The notes under the pieces are model-generated. The model was not told where the DNA came from and ran no database searches. It saw only the letters and a list, made by a program, of their open reading frames with translations. From Marsupella aquatica (taxonomy: Eukaryota; Plantae; Marchantiophyta), in NCBI GenBank assembly GCA_973895155.1, contig OZ316893.1, positions 15,654,645 through 15,718,644 on the forward strand: a stretch of 64,000 bases of DNA. The letters run 5' to 3'. Numbering within the stretch: position 1 is the stretch's first letter; every line of letters begins with the position of its first letter. A program made the position numbers and the translations under genes. Shown one piece after another: positions 1-11,624 of this stretch.

Positions 1-145
1 CGAAGTTCTTATCGCACGTCACAACATCCTCAATGGAAGAATAGCCAGTGGATTGATGTTCTGGTTAAGTGTGGCTGATGAGTTAGGTCGCTAGTGCCGT
101 CTGCAGAAGTCTTTGCTTAACCACATTTGAGAGTGAGTTGTTGTG

Positions 146-773
146 TCTCAAAGCATGTACAAATTAGAAACTACTTCAATTGTATTCGTCTGCACCACTT
201 CGATTGAAGTAAATATGTCCTCCCTGTGTAAATTATCCAAAAAAGGTGCCTCGAGCCATTGCATCTGAAAATCAGGAAACGGACCAGTCGCTAACTACCG
301 ACAAGATAGAACGGTAACAAACATCCAGACTCGACTGCCAAACACCTACGCTTCGACAAAAGATGTCCAGCCACACAAATAAGCTCAACAAACGTGAAAT
401 ACAAATCTCCACCACTTATGGAACGCATGAAGTATCAGCCAGTACAACCCCCTGACAGCTGAGATTTGAAATCTCGCAGCATGTACAAATGAGAAGGTGC
501 CTCAAATGTATTCTTCTGCACCACTTCCATTGGATCAAGTAAATATGTCCTCGCTGTGTAAATGATCCGAAAGAAGTGCGCCCAGAGACTGCATCTGAAA
601 TCAGGCAAAATTATGAGTCACTAATTACCGACAAAATGAGAACGGTACCAAACATCCAGACTCCACTGCTAAACACCTTGGCTTCGACAAAAGATCCCCA
701 GCTACACAAACAAGCTCAACCACCATGATAGGAAAGCATGCAGTACCAGATAGTACAAGCCCTTGACAGCTGA
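146..773. repeat. Diverged tandem duplication of about 310 bp (146-462 and 472-773)
   Basis: Both copies begin TCTCnnAGCATGTACAAAT, share CTGCACCACTTC..AAGTAAATATGTCCTC..TGCATCTGAAA..AACATCCAGACTC..GCTTCGACAAAAGAT, and end GTACAAnCCCnTGACAGCTGA. Confidence 0.85.
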
Positions 774-1597
774 TACTCCGTAACAATCTGTTTAGATCCT
801 TTGGTTATGACGGTGACAGTTTAACAAGGGAGAATGGTCCAGGAGCCTTTCTGTTTACCTATACTCAATCTTCGTAATCGCAGGGAAGACGATAAAATGC
901 AAATCAGTCATTGAGTCATCTTGTGTCCTAGTTCAGCTGCTAACCAACATCCTGCCATTAGCTTATTAACAACCATAGAAGAAAAAACTACCAGATATGA
1001 TTTCTTATGGGGATATAAAGTCCAACCAGAGAGCTCCAATTAGGCCATGCAAGAGAAGATGTTGCAGAGCAAGCTGGACCAGTTTCTTGACTAGAGGAAA
1101 CCTATTTTGCACTGGAAAATGCTTCCCGCGAGAGCTAGTTGGCTTACTCCTTTGACACCGACCAAATAACCCCACAGCAACGATGCATGGTTTGCAATAC
1201 TGAGACTCGAGATATTTTCAGAAAGCATTGTTGTCAATTTCATTGATACAGGAAGACAACCCATCTTCCACTGGTGGATCTCAGAAGGTCTACGATCCGA
1301 TATAGTTGTACAGATTCTTCCTACATTAAACTATTCACAAAAATATGCAATGGGCCTGAAATCATCTCTCCCAGGGTTTTTGGCATATGTTACCTCAAAA
1401 TAATCAAAAAATCAAATCGACAGGGCGACCAGCTAAATGAGTGTCGGAAGGGTTACTTTTACTCCACATAATGCGAGTATAGAGCTCATCTTCAATTGAC
1501 GACACAACTTTGCTGCCGTCCAAAACCAGGTAGCCCTTAAGGGTACTAATTCCCGTAACGTTGACAGCCAAACTGATGCAATGACTTCATGACATCC

Positions 1598-3676
1598 TCA
1601 CGGATGCTCCAGAACCTTTGACTGTCCAAGTAGAGTGTGTAAGCAAATTGCTAGGCACATCGTCATGGCCACCAAAGCCTTCGATGCAGTGGCTTGGGCC
1701 AGCTCCCCTGTCTTATTAATTACACGTAAGACTTTGGCAGTACCTGCACTCCTTTCAGATACAGATCCTTTCTCTGCTTTACCTCGTAGCGTCTGTGATA
1801 CCTTGGAGAGCATTACATCAATCGTCGAGCGAATAGCTTCTGACGTCACCGTGCCAGCAACATCCAACACGAGGGCTCGGTTGCTTGGTACAGCTAAAGT
1901 CCGAGAGAATCCCTCAATCCACCCCTGGGAAATTTCGGAAGACTTTGTAGGAAAGACTACTGGCTTCCCATTAATCTGACGGTAGCTTGAGGACGAAAGA
2001 AGAGGCGCTTCCCCCTTGTCGAACTCACCGACTGGCATCTTCTTCTCACTCTGTGGAGAATGATCAAAAGCAATCCTCTTGCTTCCTAAACCAGAGAGAC
2101 TCAAGCTCTCCGAATCATGGCTATCCGGACTCCAAGGAGGTGGTGACCCTGGAGCCAAATGGTCATTCCCTCCATCACTAGTACCACACTCACCTGAAGC
2201 TCCACCGTCTGAATGATCCAACTGATTGAAGCAGCTATTCTTCCCAAGAGAAAAGGTCAAACGCCGGACATCACGACGAGAACCCAGTCCAAATTGTGTG
2301 GACTCCATGGTTTGACTTTGCTGAGGTGCGGACGAGGATGAGGCCACCGATAACACTTCATGAGATGCTCGAACCAAAGTTTCCAAGGCCCCGTTGCAGA
2401 CTGATGTCAGGAGATCCTTCACCGAATCTCTATGTGCAGGGTTAGCGACCGTGCTAAGAATTTCTTCGTAAATGTTGATGTCTCGAGTTTTGTCCAAATA
2501 AACTGAAACCGCCGTTCCTACAAAAGTCTCAATGCAATCCGCAATAAGGGACTTTCCCTTACTGCTACAAATAAATTTTATCATCCCGTCTTGGAGAGTC
2601 CCGGAAGCAGCAGGGGAAGACGTCGGCTTCTTGATAGCTTCCTCGCTGGTGACTCCATCCGTCGCCCTTGCCTTCGGCTGTGGATTCTTAGTGTCTTTTG
2701 CCTCCCACCTCATGGTTCTCAACATTTTGTCCCCTATAATGTTCGCATCGTCCTGGTTCATCTGTTGCATGCCCTCAAGCACAGAGAGGACAAGACTGCG
2801 AGTAGCACTTGCCACCACGACGGCGGCGAAACCCCGGCCGGCCTCGCTGAAAATCTTCCCCACCAGCCGTTCGGGAAGCCCTTCTTCCCTCCTTTCCATC
2901 CTTTCCCTCTTCGGAATTGGAGATCTACTCTTCCTTCTCCCACCACTGCCACTTGTCTCTGCAATTGATGCACCAGTCGGTGACCCACTCCACGCCCTCC
3001 CTACCCCATCCTCATCCTGCTCTCTCAGCCGACGCCCACCTTCTCCGCCTTCATTAAGAAATGCACTATCACCCTTCTCCAATTTTCCCCTCCTGTACTC
3101 GTGACTAGAGTTAACCTCACCTGCATCTTTGAGGTTTGGGGTATAGGCTTCCCCCAAAGATTCCTTCCATCTCCTTTCCTTCCTAAATTCCCTACCTGAC
3201 TTTCCAATCCTTTTGAATCCTTTTCGAGATGATAGCTCTTCAAACAAGGCCGACCCGTAATCGGCCCCGTCTTGCAAAATGGGGGCTTGTTGCTCGAGAA
3301 GACTACTTGCAACGCCTTGAGTGACAGATTTACACAAGAGAGCCACAATTATCTGGAATTCCCGGGTATGGCCTACTTTGAACAATTGCTTGAGGGATTG
3401 AGGTACTTCGTCCTCCTTGGAAAGAAGAAAAGAATGCAGGTCTTTCCACAATACGCCCACGCAGTCGCTTCCTTGAGCAGCAGACTCTAGCAGGGAGGAA
3501 AGAGAACGAAAGAATCGATACAATTGGAGCCGCTTGCGTGTGAGAGATGGAGAATTATAGACACGGTAAGCGACGTACCCCCCCGCACCGATTGCACAAC
3601 AGGCTAAGAGCAAGTTCCGTTGACGACGTGACGTCTGTGGGAACGGGAATGGGAGGAGGCTCTGGAGACTTTCCAT
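1598..3676 (-). CDS. PHLOEM PROTEIN 2-LIKE A10 family protein (At1g10150-like), 692 aa, single coding exon
   Basis: The N-terminus RRQRNLLLACCAIGAGGYVAYRVYNSPSLTRKR..KDLHSFLLSKEDEVPQSLKQL and the core GRGFAAVVVASATRSLV, GKSLIADCIETFVGTAVSVYLDKT, KDLLTSVCNGALETLVRASHEVL and LAVPSNRALVLDVAGTVTSEAIRS match the conserved blocks of this family as I recall them. Low-complexity insertions lie between the blocks. Confidence 0.85.
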   Translation of the reverse strand: MESLQSLLPFPFPQTSRRQRNLLLACCAIGAGGYVAYRVYNSPSLTRKRLQLYRFFRSLSSLLESAAQGSDCVGVLWKDLHSFLLSKEDEVPQSLKQLFKVGHTREFQIIVALLCKSVTQGVASSLLEQQAPILQDGADYGSALFEELSSRKGFKRIGKSGREFRKERRWKESLGEAYTPNLKDAGEVNSSHEYRRGKLEKGDSAFLNEGGEGGRRLREQDEDGVGRAWSGSPTGASIAETSGSGGRRKSRSPIPKRERMERREEGLPERLVGKIFSEAGRGFAAVVVASATRSLVLSVLEGMQQMNQDDANIIGDKMLRTMRWEAKDTKNPQPKARATDGVTSEEAIKKPTSSPAASGTLQDGMIKFICSSKGKSLIADCIETFVGTAVSVYLDKTRDINIYEEILSTVANPAHRDSVKDLLTSVCNGALETLVRASHEVLSVASSSSAPQQSQTMESTQFGLGSRRDVRRLTFSLGKNSCFNQLDHSDGGASGECGTSDGGNDHLAPGSPPPWSPDSHDSESLSLSGLGSKRIAFDHSPQSEKKMPVGEFDKGEAPLLSSSSYRQINGKPVVFPTKSSEISQGWIEGFSRTLAVPSNRALVLDVAGTVTSEAIRSTIDVMLSKVSQTLRGKAEKGSVSERSAGTAKVLRVINKTGELAQATASKALVAMTMCLAICLHTLLGQSKVLEHP

Positions 3677-6061
3677 AGCTACCTCTTCTCTTCTCGTAGT
3701 TGCGGTGCTGCTCGCTTCTGTTGCAGCGCTAGGAGGAATTCAACCTGGAGGGCTATGAGACCCCGCAGCTCATTGATGCAGCCAAGATCACAAATCTTCG
3801 TTTGTCAACCGGAGGTCGCAAACTGGCAAACTATGCAAATACAACAGGTCATTCATACCAGACACAAACGGGGACTTCAAACATTCGTTGTTTTCGCGGT
3901 TCCCGTTTCAACACGAGGAATAAAATTGGCCACCATTACACCACACAGCTGATTGAAAAACACACTAAGTTAACCTCCAGAAATCCTGTTCCCGAGCCCG
4001 CTTGGTTACAAAGAGTCCGTCGTCCCTCTGAAACCCTAATGCACCCTCAACCGAACTCTTGCCGTACCAGAGCTTCAAGAGGAGCAAAGCCGTAGCAGTT
4101 CTTCACAGACCTCTCCCAACAATCCCTGGAATTCCTAAAGAAAGAACAATCGCCCTCATAGCTTCGCCCCTCTACAACCGCACGTCTTGTTTTGTCCTCC
4201 ACCGGAATGGAGTGTAAAGGAAGCTCCGCTGAAGCTATCATAGCAAAGCGAAAACGCTTAACGCAACTCACGTCACATCACGTCGCGTCAGCGATCAGCT
4301 CAGCCAGCTCTGCATCGTCCTTCCACAGACGACAATCCACGGCTTCTTCGTCTGACCAAACTACTGTTCTCCGGGCAGTCTATCGCTCCTCCTCCGTCGA
4401 AACAACCATATACAATCCCTACTAACAAGAGGACGAGTCTGCTTCTACAGAACTGTGCTCCATTCAATCAACAGCAACTTCAAATTCTATAGTATCCCAA
4501 CCGGAAGATCATTAGGTCGTCGCTTCTTCATCTACCAAATTATTGAATGATAATCCCGGCGACGACAACGCCGAGACAGGGACATCGGCCTGCTGCTCTT
4601 CCCGGTTGTGGCATCTTTGATCAACTGATACAGACGATGGCGCTCGTCAGATTCGCTCCACGCGAGGGACGACTGCGGATGAGATGTCGTGCGAAAGAGA
4701 ATTCAGACATCTCAGAGTTGCAGAGGTCGCGTCCTCCCTCGGGGTTTCTGATACGCGTTCGGCCACTCGTTTTTGGAGCAGATTCCTATGAACATGGATA
4801 TTTCATATCCAGCTACCGACATTTCGCATTCACACAATGGATCATTCTCTGCCTCGAAGCGCATCTTCACCAAGCGATAGAAATCGAAGTTCCCCCATAA
4901 ATCTTGGGTGGGGCCAAAGTTCGTTAAAGTAGCAGTAAGTTTTCGTTCCCCAAACGTTTGGTACCGTAATAAGATGCGGTTGGAGAGCGAAACAGTAGTG
5001 TAGGTCCATCGCACGATGGGCCGAGTGTAGAATGAAATCTATGTTCAACTTGTCTCCGACTCTCCCGAGGTTCCTCGTGAGTCTTAACAACTTTACCACA
5101 TGTTTAAGTTGTACACGCGGCAGAGTGTTTCATTGAAGTGGGGCCAGTGCACTTTGTTTACCGTAGTGTAATCCGGGTTTGTGATTCTCCAACTATAATA
5201 TCCAATCCATTGTCCTCTTACAAAAATAGCTCCTCTTACAAAAACAGCTCTGACTGGGAACCATAAACAGCCTTTGGTTTTTTTTTTGCACTTTTTCTCT
5301 AACCATTCAATGCAAAAAGGTGCGAGGTGTTAGGATTTATTCTTAAGTCTAAAATTAGTAGTACCATAGTTAAGGCTAATCTTAGTTGCAAACTTGGTTA
5401 GATTAATCATGCTGTGCACACTCTATAACCAAGCGATGTTTGTTTGAAGAATGGGAACTTAGGTTCATTGTTATGCTTGCTGATTCGCAAAAAAAAAGGC
5501 AAGGCGCATATGGCTCTATGCTGGGCTCCCTATCCCCTCCATAGGGTTCATAGAAGCTATTCCGTGAGAGTTTTTCGGCTAGCTTGCCGTAACCTTGGTC
5601 ACTACTGTTACCCCCCATCCAGGTGCCCCTCGCGCACATGGTGCAGTTACACCTTATCCTCAGAGCACCCCTCCACGGAGCACCGCAATCGGAAGGAGCG
5701 CCTGAACATGGCGTAAATACGGTCCAGAGTCCGCATGTCAGAGCCACATTGGACGCCCCTGCTGCCGCCGCACCTTCGGAATCTATCGATGATTTGTGGA
5801 GAGCTTGGCTCGAGTCGTTTCAGGACCTTTGGGCAGCTTTCTTTATCCCACCGCCATGGACTCGATAGGCCTCTTTGAAGAAAAGCTCAAGCATGAGGTA
5901 ACGGGTGACAGGATTTTGAACCCGATATCGAACCAGACACACCATCAGGTAACCCGTTGATCTATTATACGTAGAAGGTCGGTCCCCTCCGACATGGGCT
6001 GCCGCACCCCCGCGCATATGCCGAAGCCTGGGTAAGCAAAAATATTTCTCTGTTTTTCTTT

Positions 6062-6104
6062 GGAGGTATGGCTGAGTGGTTGAAAGCATTGGTTTGCTAA
6101 ATCA
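6062..6104 (+). pseudogene. trnS-GCU: Mitochondrial-type tRNA-Ser(GCU) exon 1 (NUMT, truncated)
   Basis: GGAGGTATGGCTGAGTGGTTGAAAGCATTGGTTTGCTAAATCA closely matches the first 43 nt of plant mitochondrial trnS-GCU (anticodon GCT). It is followed immediately by GTGCG, the group II intron 5' consensus. No exon 2 was seen. Confidence 0.8.
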
Positions 6105-6300
6105 GTGCGACAAGAAACTGTGCAATGTAATGTGGTTCAATTCCACAGGATGTAACCCCCCGTCCTACCCAACCTGGACATGCGTCGGGAGTAATCTCGA
6201 GGTGTGAAGCTCTAGGGACAATGTAATGATGCTTGGGATTCCGTACCGAGCTAATGCTAGGGTGAAGAGACCGGCGGGTCTTCGCGTGCGGAAATCGTCA
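6105..6300 (+). other. 5' fragment of mitochondrial group II intron trnS-GCUi43g2 within a NUMT (end approximate)
   Basis: GTGCGACAAGAAA starts exactly after tRNA nucleotide 43. No domain V/VI or exon 2 is visible downstream. The flank at about 5480-6060 may also be mitochondrial, but this is unverified. Confidence 0.65.
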
Positions 6301-9300
6301 AGAAGCCGGCCAGAAGACCCGTGAAGCCAAAGAAGGACGTACTCATAAAGCATATTCTTAGAAATGACCATGAAATAGTATAACTTAGACCTATTTTTCA
6401 TGAGACCTTCGTTCACCAATTACAGAGATATTTTGTACGAACTGGAAAAAAACTTTTCTCAACTTCTGATCGAAATGTATCTCAATTTGCGAGAAGTCTT
6501 AGCATTAGTATGAGTCTTCAGCCATAGGTGCGCTCAAGTCCGTAAGAGTCCGAGTCGGTCATTGTCTGCCTTATCGATTTGCTTGAAAATGCGATCCGTA
6601 ATATAAACCACGAAAAAAATGGAGATAAACGACGATAAAAAACATACTGGCTCCATTAGCATGCATATAACGAAGCAACCAGCCTCCTTTCACATCTCTC
6701 ATGATGTGTTCTACGCTTGAGAAAGCTACGGAGCTAGTTGAGAGATAGGGAAAACTAGTGCTGTGGATGCTTGGTATGGTCGGTCACCCTAGAGTGCAGT
6801 AAAGCTCTTGTGTGTTCCTGTATACATAGTCTCATGTGGAGGTGAATCACGTATCTCTTTGTGTCGACTCTTGTGCGTTGGATGGTTCATGGGCTTGTCG
6901 TTGCGATTGTCGTCTATGCTCAATACGAGGTTGGGGTATTCCGTCCTCACGTCAGGCCTGAGGCATGGGTATACCCGACTGCCCACGACTCCCTCCCTCA
7001 TAATTGATGTATGCCATGTTGCTCAGTGCCCAAGAATGGAACCAATACGCAACCTGACCAGTGCCCACGACTCCTGCCAGGCCCTCGCTTTCTCACTCAC
7101 CCAATTGTGCAATTGTGCAACGCACAAGCATGGTGCTCGTGGATAAATAAATATTGAAGTTTTAGATCTCATTTAAAAAATAAATTAGGTTCCTTTTGAA
7201 ATAGTCCTATGGACCTTTGTGAAATGTATGACACACTTTACACTTCCATATGAAGGGCGACCTGTAACTCTTCACACACCAGTTGTAGGGGGTATTCTGT
7301 TAATTCAGTCGGCATTCCATCAGTTGTAGCTGGTTTCCTTCACTAAGGAACATTACCTAGTCACCCAAGGCACTTAGCAGTACTGGTCTCCTCCCATGAG
7401 CAGAATAGATTGACATTGTGTGCAGGTGATTAAGGCGAGGGATTCAGAACCAGCCATCATGGATTAGTGATTCATTTGTCTTATGTTTGTTGTTTACTTG
7501 CTAACTGATCTACTGCACTGCTTGCTCTATAGTAATACATAGGATCATATCGAGAGGAGAAAGCAATGAAAATTTGAACAAACCATTCAATCCCACAGGT
7601 CGCTTCCCAAACTTTTACCCGTGCTGCCGCTTAGTGATCCTGCTTTTGTTCTAATCTGCTCTTGCTATTAGTGTAACGAGCTTTAATGCCCATCTTTGAA
7701 TGTTAATAGAGATCAAGCACAAAAAGGCCTTTACAAAAGTTACAAAGGCATCTATGTTCTTCCCCTTTCATCTTTGCCCCATCAGTGTTTTTGGTATTCA
7801 CTCAATTTTGTCTTTACATTGAGTTATGGTCAAGAGTTTTCACTTCAATAGTCTAGACCCATCTCTAGCTTCTGTTTGTGCTTTATAAGTAAGATGAGGT
7901 CAGTAGATTCAGTTATTTTGAGGTCCCTGTGGAGTAGTCTGTCTGTCTCCCTCGGTGGGATTTTGTTCGGCACTGGTTATGTTCCCTTTTGGACTTGCCC
8001 ATGTGGGCCTCTTGGGAGGATTGGTGGTGCTGGTTTGGTTGGTACGGGCTTTGTTTACCGCTGGCCGCGGTGCGTGCCCTCTGGGTGGCGTTTGTCCCCA
8101 TGAGCGGCTTTTGGGTTGGGGCCCTTTTCCCCATTTCTTGTAATTAAAAAATAAATAAATAAAGGTAGATTCAGTTATAGCGTCACAGAATTGTGTGGGA
8201 AAAGGGATTGATTTGGATTCTAAAATCACGAAGAGCACACAGCCTTGTGTTTGAATGCATCGAGAGTTTGAACGTTAATGGCATTTTACATCTCTCCAAT
8301 AATATGATAGTTGAGATTTGTCAAAAGCTCTTACCATTTAGGAGAACACTATTCATGAGAACTCCCTTGGTTCCAACAATGTCACCAGCAACATCAAGTA
8401 CACATGTCATTGCTCAAAATGTGTTCAAAAGCAAAGACCAAAGTAACATTTTCAACAAGGTCACCTAAAGTGACCCCACAGTTTGTACTCACCTCAAATT
8501 TTGATGTAGAGTGCTTGTGCACATTCTTATCGCATGTAGAGGGAAAGTGAGAGACCTCTGCCACCAGTACACAACTGGATGGATTGACAGAGGTACACCA
8601 CTGACCGAATCTACTACTCTAGTGAGATCCTAAGTCACCCCAAATGAGCTGGTAAGTCCTCGTTCGTGAGTATCAATTATTGTCAAGTAGTGTATGCTCC
8701 ACACGGGTCCCCTCCAAAATTTATGGACCCCACTAGAGGTCCCCTCCAAAATTCTTGGCATCACATTGTGCCACGTCAACAACAAACAAGACTCATCAGT
8801 TTTGTCTATTTTGTGAATTAAACTTATAGTTTTCATTCGTGTTTGTGCCAATTTGAGTGTAATTTTTGGGATGCCATACCATAAAAAGAAAAGTGAAAAA
8901 TTAGAAATATAAATAGCAAGACGGTTAAAACTGTCACTATGTAACCGTTTTAGTTACATTTCCAATTTTAAAACTTAAATTCAAAGATTTATAAAAAATA
9001 TTTTTCATATAATAAATAAGGACTAATAATTAATTTGATAACTTCCTTGTCAAAGGGTAATTGGCACCTGGAGTAAAATTTTCGGCGCTTTGCAATTAAG
9101 GTAAATTGCTAGTCATGGTCCAAACTTGAACACTCAACGAACTGAAACAATTCATTTGATCAGACATTCATCTAATTACAAATATCGCAAATTGAATTTT
9201 GATTCTCTTAGCTTGAGAATTTGGTAGCATGTACAGAAAAGGCCATTTTGAAAACTGTTTGTGACAACTAGGCTATCAATTAGTCAAGAGGTCGAGGAAC

Positions 9301-9519
9301 TAATTTTAAAATATTAGAAACATCGTGGTGTAAACAGTGAATTTCAATGTTTATGTTTTAATTCAAAAATAAGAACAAGAATATTATTTTGACTTGTAGT
9401 GATTTAATGGAATAAAAAAATACATTGCACACACCTACGCATACCAGGATGCTATGTGGCTGTGTTTACCAATCTGTGATTTTTAGAATTCCTTAAATCC
9501 TCATCGCGAGCATCATTGG

Positions 9520-9602
9520 CCAGGCAGAGTGTCGTACTACGCAACAAGAGTGTTATCATCATTAGTTTCTCCAGGCAGAGTGTCGTACTACGCAACAAGA
9601 GT
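9520..9602. repeat. 32-bp perfect direct repeat, 2 copies, period 51
   Basis: CCAGGCAGAGTGTCGTACTACGCAACAAGAGT at 9520-9551 and 9571-9602. Confidence 0.9.
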
Positions 9603-10181
9603 TTGAGTTTCTTCCGAAGCATAAATTTGCGAATCGTTTGCTGCCATGACATTATCGATGATTGTTCCGGTACTCCCGTGGCTCGCGGAGTCAGAGCCAC
9701 ATGGGGTCCACAAGCATAGGAGTATAGGACATTCCACTGTTTTTTCTGAAAGTGTTTCGCTTGCTTTCTAGTTTGCTGACTCGCGTCCTTTTTCTTATTG
9801 AAAAGGCAAGTACTGTAACTGAGGCATCGATGGAGGCCATTGGTTCCGGAACAACCAACCCCAATTTGCCTCGAAGGCGCAAAATGATTAAAAGGCCCTG
9901 CTCCAAACAACCTGGCAACGACGCAAATCCTGAGTTTCGTTCGTGCCAATAAAAAAGGACGTCGCACGCTTGGGCCTACCACAACGGCAGGCGAATAATG
10001 TCATTTTGTAAACTTAATTACGAGATTGCGCAGCGCAGACTGCACTCCATCGACCAGGGAATAATTCCCCTGGTGTAGTCTGATGCCCTGTTGAAGTAAC
10101 CCCCTTTTTTTTTTTTCTTGTTCTTTTTTGTCGATAGTTGGCAAATCTGCATGCCTGCCTGCTTGGAACGCTTGTGGACAT

Positions 10182-10257
10182 GTCTGCTAAAATTCTTTTG
10201 CATAGTTTACCGCATGGCAGGTCTGCTAGCATTCTTTTGCATAGTTTACCGCATGGC
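10182..10257. repeat. 39-bp tandem duplication
   Basis: GTCTGCTAnnATTCTTTTGCATAGTTTACCGCATGGC at 10182 and 10221. Confidence 0.9.
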
Positions 10258-11624
10258 CTACAGCTACAGGAGAAGTCTCGTTATTATGCTCTCCACCTGG
10301 GTACCCTACTGTAGGGAGGGAACCCTTCCAGAGTTCAGGCGAAGAGCCAGAGGCGGCGTGGCGGGGAGTTCCACTAGTCTCGCTGACCGGAGATTCGTCG
10401 AAGGGTTGTCAATGATCCCGGACCTACGAGGAATCAAACAGGCGAACTCATGTCACGTGAGGGATGTTGAATATGTTGGAAGTAAATAGCGGATGAAGAT
10501 GACCTATCGCAACATGGAATTCCATTTTATCCTTCGCGGTTGTGCTCATGCGCCCGGCGGGTGGTGGAAGTCCAGTAGGTATGGAGTAGACGGCGAGGGT
10601 CGCTCCTGACGCTGGGCCTACTTAAAAGTTGTTCGCAGGAAGAAACAGAATTTTCGTCGGAGAAGGTTTGAATTATAGCATCTGAAGCAGAGCTTTGCAA
10701 AATACAGAAGAAGGATACAAGCTTTTCTTGGTGCATGCTGCTGGTCCTGCGCGCTGAGCTATCAGAAGAAGTGGGAGAGGCACCGCCGCGCTCCCACTTA
10801 TTGCGACGAAGGGAGCGATTCGACCTTAGATTTGACTTTCGAGCTGATTGCCTCGCCCGCGATTGAAGAAGGTATGCATACATCGAATCACCAGTCCGCA
10901 GGGAAACAAAGTGCTCTGCTGACGTTGTCATCACTTTTTATGAACCATTGATTGATATCCTGCCACAATTCCAACATCTGTATTCGAGTGGACTCTTTGC
11001 CTCCAGAGAAGTTGGAAAGTAAGGTTCACAATGTCCCGCATCGCATCGGGATTCTCGTATCTGCAAAAATGTTATATCTTCCTCCACTCAGCCATTCTAC
11101 TTATTTGGTTAATATTTCAATAATAGTGGAGACGCGCACCCTCTGTGCATAGGTTTCCGCCGTTGGTCATGTCGCTTCTCAGGAGCCGGCGTTTGCCACG
11201 TCAAGCTTGTAGCTTCAAGGGAAATGATATTGGGAAGAATAAAGAACTGCGGGCGAGGCACAAGCGGTATTACTGTAGGAGAAGAATCCCGCCGTGATCC
11301 TACTTCTTCTTTTTTGATGCTGCAGCAGTCAGCGGATTTTATTTACCAGACATTTGGTCCCTCCGCCCAGGAACAAGTGCAACGTTTGAGTTGATAATAG
11401 ATTTTAGGAGAATTGTACAGCTAAGAATTTGTTGTATCACAGTAAGGAGAGGCACTAGAGACTCACGAGTTTGAGTGGATATAAGTGTGCGAATTGCCAT
11501 TTCTTCGTTCTAGTCCGGAACTGGACGTGCATTTCGGAGGGGAACTGGTGTAGCTTGAGCGAAGCTCAATCACCTGTGAGTGCTCCTAAAATCAATCATA
11601 TTGTTGGGCTGAATTCAGGTTCTG

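Noticed and set aside
1635-3490. Several + strand ORFs antisense to the PP2-A10-like CDS
   Set aside because: Shadow ORFs of a long coding exon.
5896-5965. tRNA-like GGTTCAAAATCCTGTCACCCG on the minus strand
   Set aside because: Only a T-arm-like piece; no full cloverleaf or anticodon arm could be built.
9520-9602. 32-bp repeat-spacer-repeat resembling a mini-CRISPR
   Set aside because: Only two copies with a 19-bp gap; a simple local duplication explains it.
9452-9982. 176-aa minus-strand ORF
   Set aside because: Non-ATG start, internal duplicated peptide from the DNA repeat, and no family similarity.
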